IMG/VR virus record: IMGVR_UViG_3300037515_000188
Location: 45,849-109,848 of that record
Source of the DNA: a virus
Reading direction: 5' to 3' (one strand)
Length of the DNA: 64,000 bases
Part shown: positions 8,960-16,899 of the stretch, piece after piece
How the letters are laid out: every line of letters begins with the position of its first letter
Numbering within the stretch: position 1 is the first letter of the stretch
The notes under the pieces: model-generated
The model's database searches: none
The model's input: only the letters and a program-made list of their open reading frames with translations
Told to the model about the DNA's origin: nothing
Program-made: the position numbers and the translations under genes

Positions 8960-9169
8960 TTAATTTGCCAATTCATTCAAAATAAATAATCTTAATAATT
9001 TTGTTGGATTATCAACATACCAACATATATTTGTTTCATCCGTTCCGGAAATTTCGTTCCATAATGTAATACCCATTGCTTTTAATACAGTCTTTTTATA
9101 TACCAACTTATGGAGTAATTTACCATTAGCAGTAAATTCATTTAATGAGTTATAAATAATTTTCATCAT
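8960..9169 (-). CDS. array mini-protein (MKIIYNSL)
   Basis: conserved termini. Confidence 0.65.
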   Translation of the reverse strand: MMKIIYNSLNEFTANGKLLHKLVYKKTVLKAMGITLWNEISGTDETNICWYVDNPTKLLRLFILNELAN

Positions 9170-9366
9170 AATTTATCCATTATAATATCCATTATGATAT
9201 CATGTATTGCATCTACCCTTAATAATTTTTCTATTATTATTGGTTTGGAAATACACCAACATTTAGATATTTCATTTTCCGTTGCCGTGAAATACATTAT
9301 ACCCGACATATTTCCACGAAATAATATATAAGTTATTTTAACTAATTGTTTATTAATTATTTTCAT
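9166..9366 (-). CDS. array mini-protein (MKIINKQL)
   Basis: conserved termini. Confidence 0.65.
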   Translation of the reverse strand: MKIINKQLVKITYILFRGNMSGIMYFTATENEISKCWCISKPIIIEKLLRVDAIHDIIMDIIMDKL

Positions 9367-9814
9367 CTAAATTGGATTAATTCATCTATTATTAATTCCA
9401 TCATAATTATTTCTAAAGTATTAAATTTAAATGTATGATAATACTTGTTATACTCATTTATACATATTGAATTATATACGTCAGTAAGTATAATTGATTC
9501 AAATTGTTCATAAATCAATTTCATGAATTTATTTTCTTATAACTTATACAAATCATATAACGTGTATAATATAAAATCTTTCATATGCAATCCAACATCT
9601 TCTCGTATAATAACTGGTTGTTCATGTTGGTAATAATACTTACAATAAATTCCCCGCCTGATTTGTTGTTCCCTAAATTTCATTTGGTTATAAATGAATT
9701 TCATTAATTTGTTCCATGATTGATAATTTTAATAATGAAGGGCTTTCACGATTACTTAAAAAAACATTTGGCCCATTATGTAAAATTAAATTATACATTA
9801 TCACTGGTTTAATT

Positions 9815-9982
9815 TTAACTAAAATAAATAGCATGTTTAATCTCCATTAAAATAAATTGTATTAATGTTCTTGGAGTATTATTAATATTCCAAAATCTAG
9901 TTTTTACCATATCATTATTATAACATAATAATTTAAATAATAAGGGTTTTATTTGAGATAATTGGTTATTAATTGTTTTCAT
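9815..9982 (-). CDS. array mini-protein (MKTINNQL)
   Basis: conserved termini. Confidence 0.6.
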   Translation of the reverse strand: MKTINNQLSQIKPLLFKLLCYNNDMVKTRFWNINNTPRTLIQFILMEIKHAIYFS

Positions 9983-10295
9983 ACAGTATTGTAACATTAT
10001 GTAAATTCAATTGTTTATAACTTAATTTCGTAATTCTTCCATTAGTTTATTTCGTATATCTAATATACTTTCAAAATAAAATGACAATAATAGTTTTGGA
10101 TAATAATGAATACCCAATATTTTCCAATATATGTTATCAAATATATTTTCATCAAATTGGTCATAAATTAATTTCATAAATTTGATCCCATATCAATATT
10201 TTAATTAAATTTAAATGCCCCAATATATTATAGGCAAATTATGCTTTTTACGATATTCATGTATTAATATATTAATGATAAATGCATTTAATTGA

Positions 10296-10478
10296 TTATA
10301 AATTAATTTCATCTTCGATATACTCATTATCATCTATTTCATCAACTATGGCATCTGTAATAGTCCATAAAATATTATCATTTATAATATAGTCAATACA
10401 ATCATAAGATTCTTCGCTTAATATAACTTTAAACTTACCAATTAATTCTGATTCCAATTTTTTACAAATTATATTCAT
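10296..10478 (-). CDS. array mini-protein (MNIICKKL)
   Basis: ends DEINL* overlapping the next start. Confidence 0.65.
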   Translation of the reverse strand: MNIICKKLESELIGKFKVILSEESYDCIDYIINDNILWTITDAIVDEIDDNEYIEDEINL

Positions 10479-10653
10479 TTTTTATTTCTTCTTTTATTCT
10501 TAGTAATGGAACAAATACATTATTTGTAGGAGAATTAATCACTATATTTTGATCATATGTTAATATTTTATTAAATTCATAATTATAATAAACTATAAGA
10601 ATAGCTATTATATTAATTATAATTTCATTTAATTCTTTATAAATTAATTTCAT
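10462..10653 (-). CDS. array mini-protein (MKLIYKEL)
   Basis: ends NEYNL* overlapping the next start. Confidence 0.65.
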   Translation of the reverse strand: MKLIYKELNEIIINIIAILIVYYNYEFNKILTYDQNIVINSPTNNVFVPLLRIKEEIKNEYNL

Positions 10654-10980
10654 CTTCTAAATACTCATATACTCATATTCATTTATTTCATTAATTATAG
10701 TAGTAATAATCAATAAAATATTATCATGAATATATATTGCATCATAATATTCTTCACTTAATGGCAAATATAATTTATCTGTAAATATTAAATATAATTC
10801 TTTATAGATTATAATCATTATAGTATCTAATGTAATATTTCATAAAAAATGTAATCTTGTATTATTCTAATTAAATTAAATGATCTATGTGTAGTATGAT
10901 ATAATTGATTTACAATGCCTGAATGATCTATAACCATTTTACGAGGTTTCTCATGGACACGAAGATCAAATAATTTGTTT

Positions 10981-11175
10981 TTAATAATTTTCATAAACTT
11001 GATCCAATATCAAATATACTGCCGCATGTCCAATCTGCGTTCTTATCATAATCTGCATTCTTATCATACCAGTTAATTGATATATTCTATTTGATATAAC
11101 ATTATTATAAATATAATTTACATTATTCCTATCGTGCAATCGGTAATTTAATAATTGTTTATAAATATTTTTCAA
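10981..11175 (-). CDS. array mini-protein (TTG start, KNIYKQL)
   Basis: conserved termini. Confidence 0.55.
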   Translation of the reverse strand: MKNIYKQLLNYRLHDRNNVNYIYNNVISNRIYQLTGMIRMQIMIRTQIGHAAVYLILDQVYENY

Positions 11176-11362
11176 TTTTTTTTCTTATGGATGCATCTAA
11201 TCATCTGTATTTATTTTCGAGGAAAATGTATAACATTCTATTAACAAGTTTCTTACCATAACTGTAAAATTAATTTTAAGTAATTCTTTAAATAATAATT
11301 TTCTTTTTTCTTTAAATTTATGTTTTAAGACAACCTGCATGACAAATACATCTAAATTTATT

Positions 11363-11566
11363 TTAATATTGTTCATAAATTATTTTCCATGCATTTTTTT
11401 CATCAATTAATTGTTCTTTTATTAATAATCGTATAGATAGTAAATCATTATAATAATATGATAATGATCCAATTATTATTTTTGATTTATTAGAATTTAA
11501 TTCATTGCTATAAATTATATCATATATTGGTCGAAATATCAATGCTCTATTTATAATAGTTTTCAT
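11363..11566 (-). CDS. array mini-protein, type B (MKTIINRA)
   Basis: conserved termini. Confidence 0.6.
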   Translation of the reverse strand: MKTIINRALIFRPIYDIIYSNELNSNKSKIIIGSLSYYYNDLLSIRLLIKEQLIDEKNAWKIIYEQY

Positions 11567-11700
11567 AAATTATCAAGTTCGTGAATTATAAACATTTTTA
11601 TATTATTAAAAATCAATAACATATAAATTTTATAATAATCTGAATATGCTATTAAATCAAATATATATGTTATTTTTAATTTGTCGTTAATTAATTTCAT
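11563..11700 (-). CDS. first array mini-protein (MKLINDKL...IIHELDNL)
   Basis: manual translation; ATGA overlap with the next unit. Confidence 0.6.
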   Translation of the reverse strand: MKLINDKLKITYIFDLIAYSDYYKIYMLLIFNNIKMFIIHELDNL

Positions 11701-11709
11701 AACTATTGT

Positions 11710-11738
11710 ATTATACATTGTTTTTTTATTAATATCAA
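11710..11738 (-). promoter_or_regulatory. sigma70 promoter driving the mini-gene array
   Basis: TTGATA-N17-TATAAT; ATG 9 nt downstream. Confidence 0.75.
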
Positions 11739-11744
11739 TAAATA
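11738..11744 (+). promoter_or_regulatory. T4-like late promoter core ATAAATA (also at about 13010, 15452, 16422, 29142, 43168, 46701, 49932, 63054)
   Basis: recurs just upstream of structural and MKLxE genes; matches the T4 gp55 consensus TATAAATA. Confidence 0.6.
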
Positions 11745-11749
11745 CGTCT

Positions 11750-12397
11750 ATGAAATTGAATGAAATAATAGATTTTAAACATGAGATAAAATCAGCATCC
11801 GATCTTAAACCCGGAGTATTACAGGGTAGAGGATTTTTTTCAAAGGTATATACCGATCAGGATGATCCACACATGGTTATAAAACAATCTAAATTTTCCG
11901 ACCAACTTGATACAAGTGATGGGTATTACAAATATATTGAAGCAACCATTAAAAATGGAATGAATGGGGTTAATCCATATGTACCTAGAGTTTATAAAAT
12001 AAATGCGATTGATACTGGTATGCAACTTATGAAAGGAGTAAATTCTTATAATCATGAAGTTCAAATAGAAAAATTAAATGTGGTGTATGATCTTGATATT
12101 AAAGATATTGAATTTATTTTGTCGAAAATTTTTCCAGAAGATTTAGTATCTTCATTATTATCAAAGGAATCACCAAATGAAATATTTGAATCCGTATCTG
12201 ATATATTATTTAAAATATTAAAAGGTACATATACAATTAAGAAAACCTTATCCAAGGATTTAAATCAAGTATTGGAATTAATTAAAAAATTATATGATGA
12301 TAAAATAATTACAGAAATTGATTTAAAACCAGCAAACTTAATGATTCGTAGAAGTCCATATGGTCCACAACTTGTTATTACCGATCCGGCGGCATAA
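11750..12397 (+). CDS. protein kinase-like protein, paralog 1
   Basis: GRGFFSKVY glycine loop, VIK lysine, DLKPANLM catalytic loop, VITDP; start MKLNEII. Confidence 0.8.
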   Translation: MKLNEIIDFKHEIKSASDLKPGVLQGRGFFSKVYTDQDDPHMVIKQSKFSDQLDTSDGYYKYIEATIKNGMNGVNPYVPRVYKINAIDTGMQLMKGVNSYNHEVQIEKLNVVYDLDIKDIEFILSKIFPEDLVSSLLSKESPNEIFESVSDILFKILKGTYTIKKTLSKDLNQVLELIKKLYDDKIITEIDLKPANLMIRRSPYGPQLVITDPAA

Positions 12398-12398
12398 T

Positions 12399-13010
12399 AT
12401 GAAATTAAATGAAATTATAGACTTCAGACATGATAAAATTGATATGTCTTCCATAAAACGTGGGGAACGAATGGGTTCAGGATTCTATTCAACTGTGTAT
12501 GCGGATAATGATGATCCACACATGGTTATAAAGGATATGGAACGCCATGGGGGTGATAAACCAAGAGATGGATTTTCCAGCTATATAGAAGCAATTATTG
12601 AAAATGGAATGAATGGAGTAAATCCTTATGTTCCTAGAGTGTATAAATTAAATTCCTCTAAAACCAAAGATAATGAATATAAACATACTTATCAAATTGA
12701 AAAATTAAATGATCTTGAACATTTAGATAAAAAAGATTTTGAATTTATATTTTCAAAACTTCTTTCTGAAGATAAGATTAAAGAATATACAGATCATTCT
12801 GTTCGTTTAGCATGGGCTTTGGCTTCTTATATTGATGATTTAGTACATGGATATGAACCATTGTCAAAATCCAAGAAATTAAATGAAGTTATAGAACTTA
12901 TCAGACAATTATATCAGAGAGGACTTTCCTATGATATAAAACCTGAAAATATGATGTATCGTTCAACACCATATGGGGCACAATTGGTTATTAGTGATCC
13001 ATTATATTAA
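12399..13010 (+). CDS. protein kinase-like protein, paralog 2
   Basis: GSGFYSTVY, VIK, DIKPENMM, VISDP. Confidence 0.8.
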   Translation: MKLNEIIDFRHDKIDMSSIKRGERMGSGFYSTVYADNDDPHMVIKDMERHGGDKPRDGFSSYIEAIIENGMNGVNPYVPRVYKLNSSKTKDNEYKHTYQIEKLNDLEHLDKKDFEFIFSKLLSEDKIKEYTDHSVRLAWALASYIDDLVHGYEPLSKSKKLNEVIELIRQLYQRGLSYDIKPENMMYRSTPYGAQLVISDPLY

Positions 13011-13021
13011 TAAATATATTT

Positions 13022-13645
13022 ATGAAATTAAATGAAATAATACAATCGGAAGTATCTATTCATGATACAAAAGATTATAATCCATTACAGATGGGAGATC
13101 ATATAGGAACCGGAACATATTATACAAGTTATGAAAATCCTGATGATCCTCATACAATTCATAAATTCTCAAGACAACCAACAATATCCCATGATGGATT
13201 TAAAATTTATGCTGATTACATTATAAAATATAATTTAGCATCGAAAAATCCTTATTTTCCAAGAATATATAAACATCGAACTAATATAGAACCTCCATCT
13301 GATTTATCATATGAATTTGAAATAGAAAAATTATTATTATATTATGATATAAGAATAAAAGAATTTCGTCCCATACTTGAATTATTATTTAATGACTCTG
13401 AAGTTGAAGAAATTATGAACATACATAGTAATGAAGGAATTACAATTAAAATTGCTAGAAAAATACGATTGATGATAACACAAAATATAAAAAGTAAATC
13501 AAAATTATTAAATCAGGCATTTTTTATTATACAAAAGATAATACGTGATAATTCTGATATATATATTGATATACATGAAGATAATATCATGTTTAGAAGA
13601 ACTAATTCTGGCATTCAATTAGTTATTAATGATCCATTAGTTTAA
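13022..13645 (+). CDS. protein kinase-like protein, paralog 3
   Basis: GTGTYYTSY, DIHEDNIM, VINDP. Confidence 0.75.
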   Translation: MKLNEIIQSEVSIHDTKDYNPLQMGDHIGTGTYYTSYENPDDPHTIHKFSRQPTISHDGFKIYADYIIKYNLASKNPYFPRIYKHRTNIEPPSDLSYEFEIEKLLLYYDIRIKEFRPILELLFNDSEVEEIMNIHSNEGITIKIARKIRLMITQNIKSKSKLLNQAFFIIQKIIRDNSDIYIDIHEDNIMFRRTNSGIQLVINDPLV

Positions 13646-13893
13646 AACTCAGGTAATGAAAATATACAATAATTTTCATCCAATCCATATTTTCCACCAT
13701 AAAAAATATATTGTATTTCAAAGGGATCAAGTTTTCTTCCAGTGTATACACCATTAACGGTTTCTTCAAGATAAATCATATCATATTTTTTAAACTCGCG
13801 ATCATTAAAACGTAATTCAAATTTTTTATCCCCGCGTTCTATTGCTTGATAATATTCTGTTTCAGTTTTTAAATGATGATGTTGCCTGCTCAT
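13642..13893 (-). CDS. ASCH/DUF3850 (PUA-like) protein
   Basis: HHLKT..EYYQAI..GDKKFELRFNDR.F...D.IYLEE. Confidence 0.85.
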   Translation of the reverse strand: MSRQHHHLKTETEYYQAIERGDKKFELRFNDREFKKYDMIYLEETVNGVYTGRKLDPFEIQYIFYGGKYGLDENYCIFSLPEF

Positions 13894-13913
13894 AATTTAT
13901 TCTCCAATTATTT

Positions 13914-14189
13914 TTAAGATATTGAAAAGATACAATAATCTTCATGTATTCCATTTATATTATCACCATATAAAATATGTTTTATTTCAAATGATGGATA
14001 TATTCTACCAGTTCTTGTTCCATTGACGGTCTCTTCAAAATAAATCATATCATATAATTTAATGTTATTAGAATTTTCTCGTAATTCAAATTTTTTAACC
14101 TTGCGTTCTAAATCTTGAAATTCTTTTGTTTCCAAATCTAAATGATGATGTTCTCGGCATCTACCATAATATCCAGTTTGTATAACCAT
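13914..14189 (-). CDS. ASCH/DUF3850 protein, diverged duplicate
   Basis: paralog of the neighbouring gene; GxK motif altered (KVKKFELR). Confidence 0.75.
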   Translation of the reverse strand: MVIQTGYYGRCREHHHLDLETKEFQDLERKVKKFELRENSNNIKLYDMIYFEETVNGTRTGRIYPSFEIKHILYGDNINGIHEDYCIFSIS

Positions 14190-14500
14190 AATTTTCTCCA
14201 GTTTATATCTAATCTTTTTTCAATATATCTAACTTTTTCCAATATATCTAATAATTTTATGAAAAATACCAATAATATAAATTATTTTTATTCATTTTAT
14301 TGTTCTAGTCCTTCATCAATTATTTTTTCTAATTCATCTAATGATATCTCTAAAGTTTTTTTAGCAACAGTATCCCAATGTCTCATAAATGATTTTGGAA
14401 TTTTAATATTTCTTTGACGTGTAATTTCATCTTTTACTTTTTGTAAATATTTTTTTTCTATTTTATTTTCCATAATTATGTACCTTTAAATTAAATAATT

Positions 14501-14704
14501 TTATGAGAAATACCAATTAAAAAATGTGCCATATATTGCTACAATAAATGATAATAATGTTATTATTGATATTACGGCTCCCGGAGTTTTATAATGATCT
14601 ACCATAAATTTATGAATTTTCGACCCTATTACACCAAATATGAATACCCCGCTAATGAGTATGATAGATATTATAAATATTTCCAAAAATGTAAACAACA
14701 TCAT
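14501..14704 (-). CDS. small two-TM membrane protein
   Basis: two hydrophobic segments. Confidence 0.6.
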   Translation of the reverse strand: MMLFTFLEIFIISIILISGVFIFGVIGSKIHKFMVDHYKTPGAVISIITLLSFIVAIYGTFFNWYFS

Positions 14705-14940
14705 TAATCCTCGTCAATTATAATTGATAATAATTCTACAATATAATTATGATATGAAATTACTTCTTCTTCCGGTGTGTATCGTTCTAACTTATTGTAA
14801 AAAATCCTAATTTCTTTTAATTTATCAGCAGCTTGTAAAGCTAATCCAACGGGAACTCTAATTTCTTGTTCCATATGTGGAAAATTATCATCATCATATT
14901 CATATGATTCTAATTTGTTGATTAATTTATCTATATTCAT
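14704..14940 (-). CDS. hypothetical protein
   Basis: preceded by TTGACA-N17-TATTAT. Confidence 0.6.
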   Translation of the reverse strand: MNIDKLINKLESYEYDDDNFPHMEQEIRVPVGLALQAADKLKEIRIFYNKLERYTPEEEVISYHNYIVELLSIIIDED

Positions 14941-15006
14941 AAATTATAATATATTATATTAATTTATAAATGTCAAGGAATAAAAAATTATAATAAATAT
15001 GATTAT

Positions 15007-15450
15007 ATGCTTGAAAATAATAAAATTATACATTGGAATGATTTATATGTCACTATTAAAGTGAATGAAATTAATCGTGATATGAATAATATTCCAAATT
15101 TAATAAAATTTGAAATATATCCGCAAATATTTGATGTTTCATCTGGTGTATTCCATGAACACGAAATAAAATATAATAAAAGTAATACTGAATTGGTTGA
15201 TACTATTAATAATGCAAACCCGTATTTTATAGTTTACATTTCATCTGTGAATAATAATTTAAAAACATTAGAAGATAAAATGGATGACAATTGGGAGAAT
15301 GTTGGTATGATGTATAATTTCATACCCTTAAACGATGTTAAATTTGTTTTACAACGATGTTGTGAAATATTTGATTATTCACAAATTGAAAAACATTCTT
15401 ATAATATGTTAATATTATATAATAAAAATTATACATTTAATATTAAATAA
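15007..15450 (+). CDS. hypothetical protein
   Basis: ORF after ATAAATA. Confidence 0.55.
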   Translation: MLENNKIIHWNDLYVTIKVNEINRDMNNIPNLIKFEIYPQIFDVSSGVFHEHEIKYNKSNTELVDTINNANPYFIVYISSVNNNLKTLEDKMDDNWENVGMMYNFIPLNDVKFVLQRCCEIFDYSQIEKHSYNMLILYNKNYTFNIK

Positions 15451-15467
15451 TTATAAATAATTATATT

Positions 15468-15764
15468 ATGAATATAAATGCTAATATTAATACACAACTT
15501 GGGTCGGGAGTGGTAGTATCTGGAGTCCCGCATGTGATCACATTTCCTATACAAACAAAAATAGTTTCATTTGCCGTAAAACCATCATCAGGAAATATCA
15601 TGAATATAAAATATAATCTTGATGAAAACGCTGATGTTATATTATGGATAGAATGGACATATGGTGAAGTTAATGATACTCAAGTATGGTCTGCTGCTTT
15701 TAATGGTGGGTTTAGACAATTTGAGGTTAGTGGAGACGGAAATTATAGTTATTCATGGGATTAA
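15468..15764 (+). CDS. putative late/virion beta-rich protein
   Basis: TATAAATA upstream. Confidence 0.55.
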   Translation: MNINANINTQLGSGVVVSGVPHVITFPIQTKIVSFAVKPSSGNIMNIKYNLDENADVILWIEWTYGEVNDTQVWSAAFNGGFRQFEVSGDGNYSYSWD

Positions 15765-15767
15765 GTC

Positions 15768-16040
15768 ATGGCAATACAATTACCTATACAATTACCTATA
15801 CAATTACCTATACAAGCAGTAATACAAATATTACCAACACCAACACCATCTCCTACTATATCGTTAACTCCCACACCAACAATAACTCCAACAATAACGC
15901 CAACCATAACAATCACGATATTAAATTCGGTTGGGGGGTCATTTATGGTTCCACTAGAGATATTAAATTCATCTGGTGAAAATTTTAACGTAATAAATGA
16001 AATCCGTAATTCTGATGGTGATATATTCTTTGTATCGTAA
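15768..16040 (+). CDS. small Thr-Pro repeat protein with IQLP repeats
   Basis: IQLP x3, followed by a TPT tract. Confidence 0.65.
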   Translation: MAIQLPIQLPIQLPIQAVIQILPTPTPSPTISLTPTPTITPTITPTITITILNSVGGSFMVPLEILNSSGENFNVINEIRNSDGDIFFVS

Positions 16041-16101
16041 TTATTGACTTTTAATTTATTTTATGATATTATAGTATTTTAAATTATGAGGAATTTTTTT
16101 T

Positions 16102-16374
16102 ATGTATAAATTATTGATTTTTATGTTATTTCCAATTATGTTATTCGCTGGAGAGCCTGTATCAAATAGTGCAAAATCTGCACAGCTTGCAATTTCTGTT
16201 ACTGTTATACATGGAAATAGTACAGATCAATCTTATGTTTCATATTCTAAAATGGAATGTAAAATTGTGGATAATATTGAATATTGTACTCCTATAGATA
16301 CACAATCAGATTCTACACTAGAAAATGATTCTATTTGTTCAGAATCGGAAGAAAATATAACTTGTTGGTATTGA
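16102..16374 (+). CDS. putative secreted protein
   Basis: signal-peptide-like N-terminus; SD gagg. Confidence 0.6.
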   Translation: MYKLLIFMLFPIMLFAGEPVSNSAKSAQLAISVTVIHGNSTDQSYVSYSKMECKIVDNIEYCTPIDTQSDSTLENDSICSESEENITCWY

Positions 16375-16401
16375 AAACTAGATAATATTTTATAAAATAT
16401 A

Positions 16402-16442
16402 ATCTCCTTTTTCTATATTTAATAAATATAGAAAAAGGAGAT
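16402..16442 (+). promoter_or_regulatory. hairpin sequestering the RBS, with a late promoter at the loop
   Basis: ATCTCCTTTTTCTATATTT / AAATATAGAAAAAGGAGAT; ATAAATA at the apex. Confidence 0.7.
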
Positions 16443-16446
16443 ATAA

Positions 16447-16899
16447 ATGCCGCAAAGAGAAGTTATTGTTTTATCTGAAGAAAACTCTAGATTAGAAGTT
16501 CCGCAATCAGGAGATACCTATTTAATGCCCCGCGATGTTTCTATTGTGGGAGATGCAACAGTATCTGGAACAATTAATGGGCAAGATATTACTCAATTTA
16601 TATATACTGGAGATATAGATTTTGCAGAAGATAAAGATTATATATTATGGTTTTCTGCTCCATTTAATGGAACTATAACAAGAGTATATACTAAATCAGA
16701 ACTAGGAACAGCTACATTTACTATAAAAATAAATGATGTCGCATCTGGTGGAACGCCTAATAATGTAAGTACAATTTCGGAAGAACAAATTCATTCTTCA
16801 GATAATGAATTTGTAACTGAGGATAAATTATCATTTACACTTGCATCTGTTGTTGATTGCGAAAATGTATCCTTTATTGTTTATGGTGTCCGTACATGA
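16447..16899 (+). CDS. putative virion fibre/adaptor protein
   Basis: late promoter; beta-rich; coupled to the repeat protein. Confidence 0.6.
   Translation: MPQREVIVLSEENSRLEVPQSGDTYLMPRDVSIVGDATVSGTINGQDITQFIYTGDIDFAEDKDYILWFSAPFNGTITRVYTKSELGTATFTIKINDVASGGTPNNVSTISEEQIHSSDNEFVTEDKLSFTLASVVDCENVSFIVYGVRT

Larger units (their letters stand above)
5800..11700 (-). other. tandem array of about 32-35 paralogous mini-genes (about 45-70 aa), including some pseudogenes
   Basis: repeated starts MK(L/I)I(Y/N)K(Q/K)(F/L) and ends I..(I/L)I(L/M)(D/E)EL; junction motif ATGAAATTAATTTATAA; overlapping start and stop codons. Confidence 0.85.

Noticed and set aside
5800-11700. Mini-gene array as a CRISPR array or classical integron
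   Set aside because: Junctions are degenerate, units are coding and about 170 bp; no attC-like palindromes or integrase seen
11681-11749. Hydrophobic N-terminal extension (membrane anchor) on kinase 1
   Set aside because: The region is the divergent promoter pair; the paralogs all start at MKLNEII
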